Under the pieces are notes generated by a model. It saw only the letters and a list, made by a program, of their open reading frames with translations, was not told where the DNA came from and made no database searches. Shown one piece after another: positions 63,506-64,000 of a DNA stretch of 64,000 bases (position 1 is the first letter of the stretch; the number at the start of each line of letters is the position of its first letter). Both the position numbers and the translations under genes were made by a program. The stretch lies in IMG/VR virus record IMGVR_UViG_3300017970_000189; one strand, 5' to 3'. The stretch comes from an uncultured virus (IMG/VR IMGVR_UViG_3300017970_000189) (taxonomy: Duplodnaviria > Heunggongvirae > Uroviricota > Caudoviricetes).

Positions 63506-63957
63506 AGCTTGATGACTCCGGTTGCAAATAGCGCGACCAAGCCGGCTACGCCGGCTCCTCCGGCAACGATGGCGGCCGTCGGCACCGTGGACGACTTCTT
63601 CTCGGGCGCAGGCGCAGGAGCGGTCGGCACGGGAGCTCCAGGAGTTGAAGGAGTCGTCAAAGCAGACCCTGGTTTCTTCTCTACAGGAGGAGCCACAGGC
63701 AGCCCGGTGCAGGGATTGAGCCTGCCGCCCGCAATCCAGGCATCGTAAGCGATTCCTTGTTCGCACCCGGACCAGTTGCCATTGGCATCCAGCGTTCCCT
63801 GCTTGGCGATCACGGTCTGGTTCCCGCGGCTATCCGTATAGAGCCAGATCCCATTTTCCCACTCCGGAACTCCGTGCTTGGGCCAATTGGGAATGAGCTT
63901 ATCGCCCAGCGCAAACGCCCGAGGCGGAAGCACGCCGAAGACATCGATCGCGCGCAT
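63502..63957 (-). CDS. TM-anchored protein (ALGD)
   Basis: SD aaggag; PT linker; C-terminal TM. Confidence 0.7.
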   Translation of the reverse strand: MRAIDVFGVLPPRAFALGDKLIPNWPKHGVPEWENGIWLYTDSRGNQTVIAKQGTLDANGNWSGCEQGIAYDAWIAGGRLNPCTGLPVAPPVEKKPGSALTTPSTPGAPVPTAPAPAPEKKSSTVPTAAIVAGGAGVAGLVALFATGVIKL

Positions 63958-64000
63958 CTAGCCACGCTCCTTATCGAGAGCCGCATAAGCTCCCATGGAT

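Overview
This window looks like part of a very large bacterial virus (jumbo-phage-like) or another giant extrachromosomal element, read with the standard bacterial code and almost entirely on the - strand. No capsid, terminase, polymerase, cas or rRNA gene is visible, so the element type is inferred. One protein with a Planctomycetota-type domain hints at the host. There are four modules. (1) 0-3.7 kb and 53.7-64 kb, plus scattered copies, hold about 30 small Pro/Ala-rich, mostly membrane-anchored proteins that share a [LMIV]-G-Q motif. A repetitive putative polyprotein at 29.5-30.9 kb has the same motif, which suggests a common proteolytic maturation site. (2) 4.1-5.4 kb is an orphan type I-E-like CRISPR array of 23 repeats. 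Nearly every repeat differs in sequence, yet the hairpin (with compensatory changes) and the guide length are conserved. (3) 5.7-26 kb is a glycosylation island with about 14 glycosyltransferases, rfbA/rfbB, methyltransferases and an epimerase. (4) 33-53.7 kb is a translation-rescue island with a complete, non-redundant set of 46 tRNAs, RNase P RNA, tmRNA, RtcB, phosphatases, DnaJ and several unannotated structured RNAs. It is headed by a promoter, a codon-diverse leader peptide and an antiterminator/terminator, which may sense tRNA depletion. One tRNA-Gly gene is split by an HNH cassette that carries a replacement copy. All family calls come from motif recognition by eye, not from database searches.
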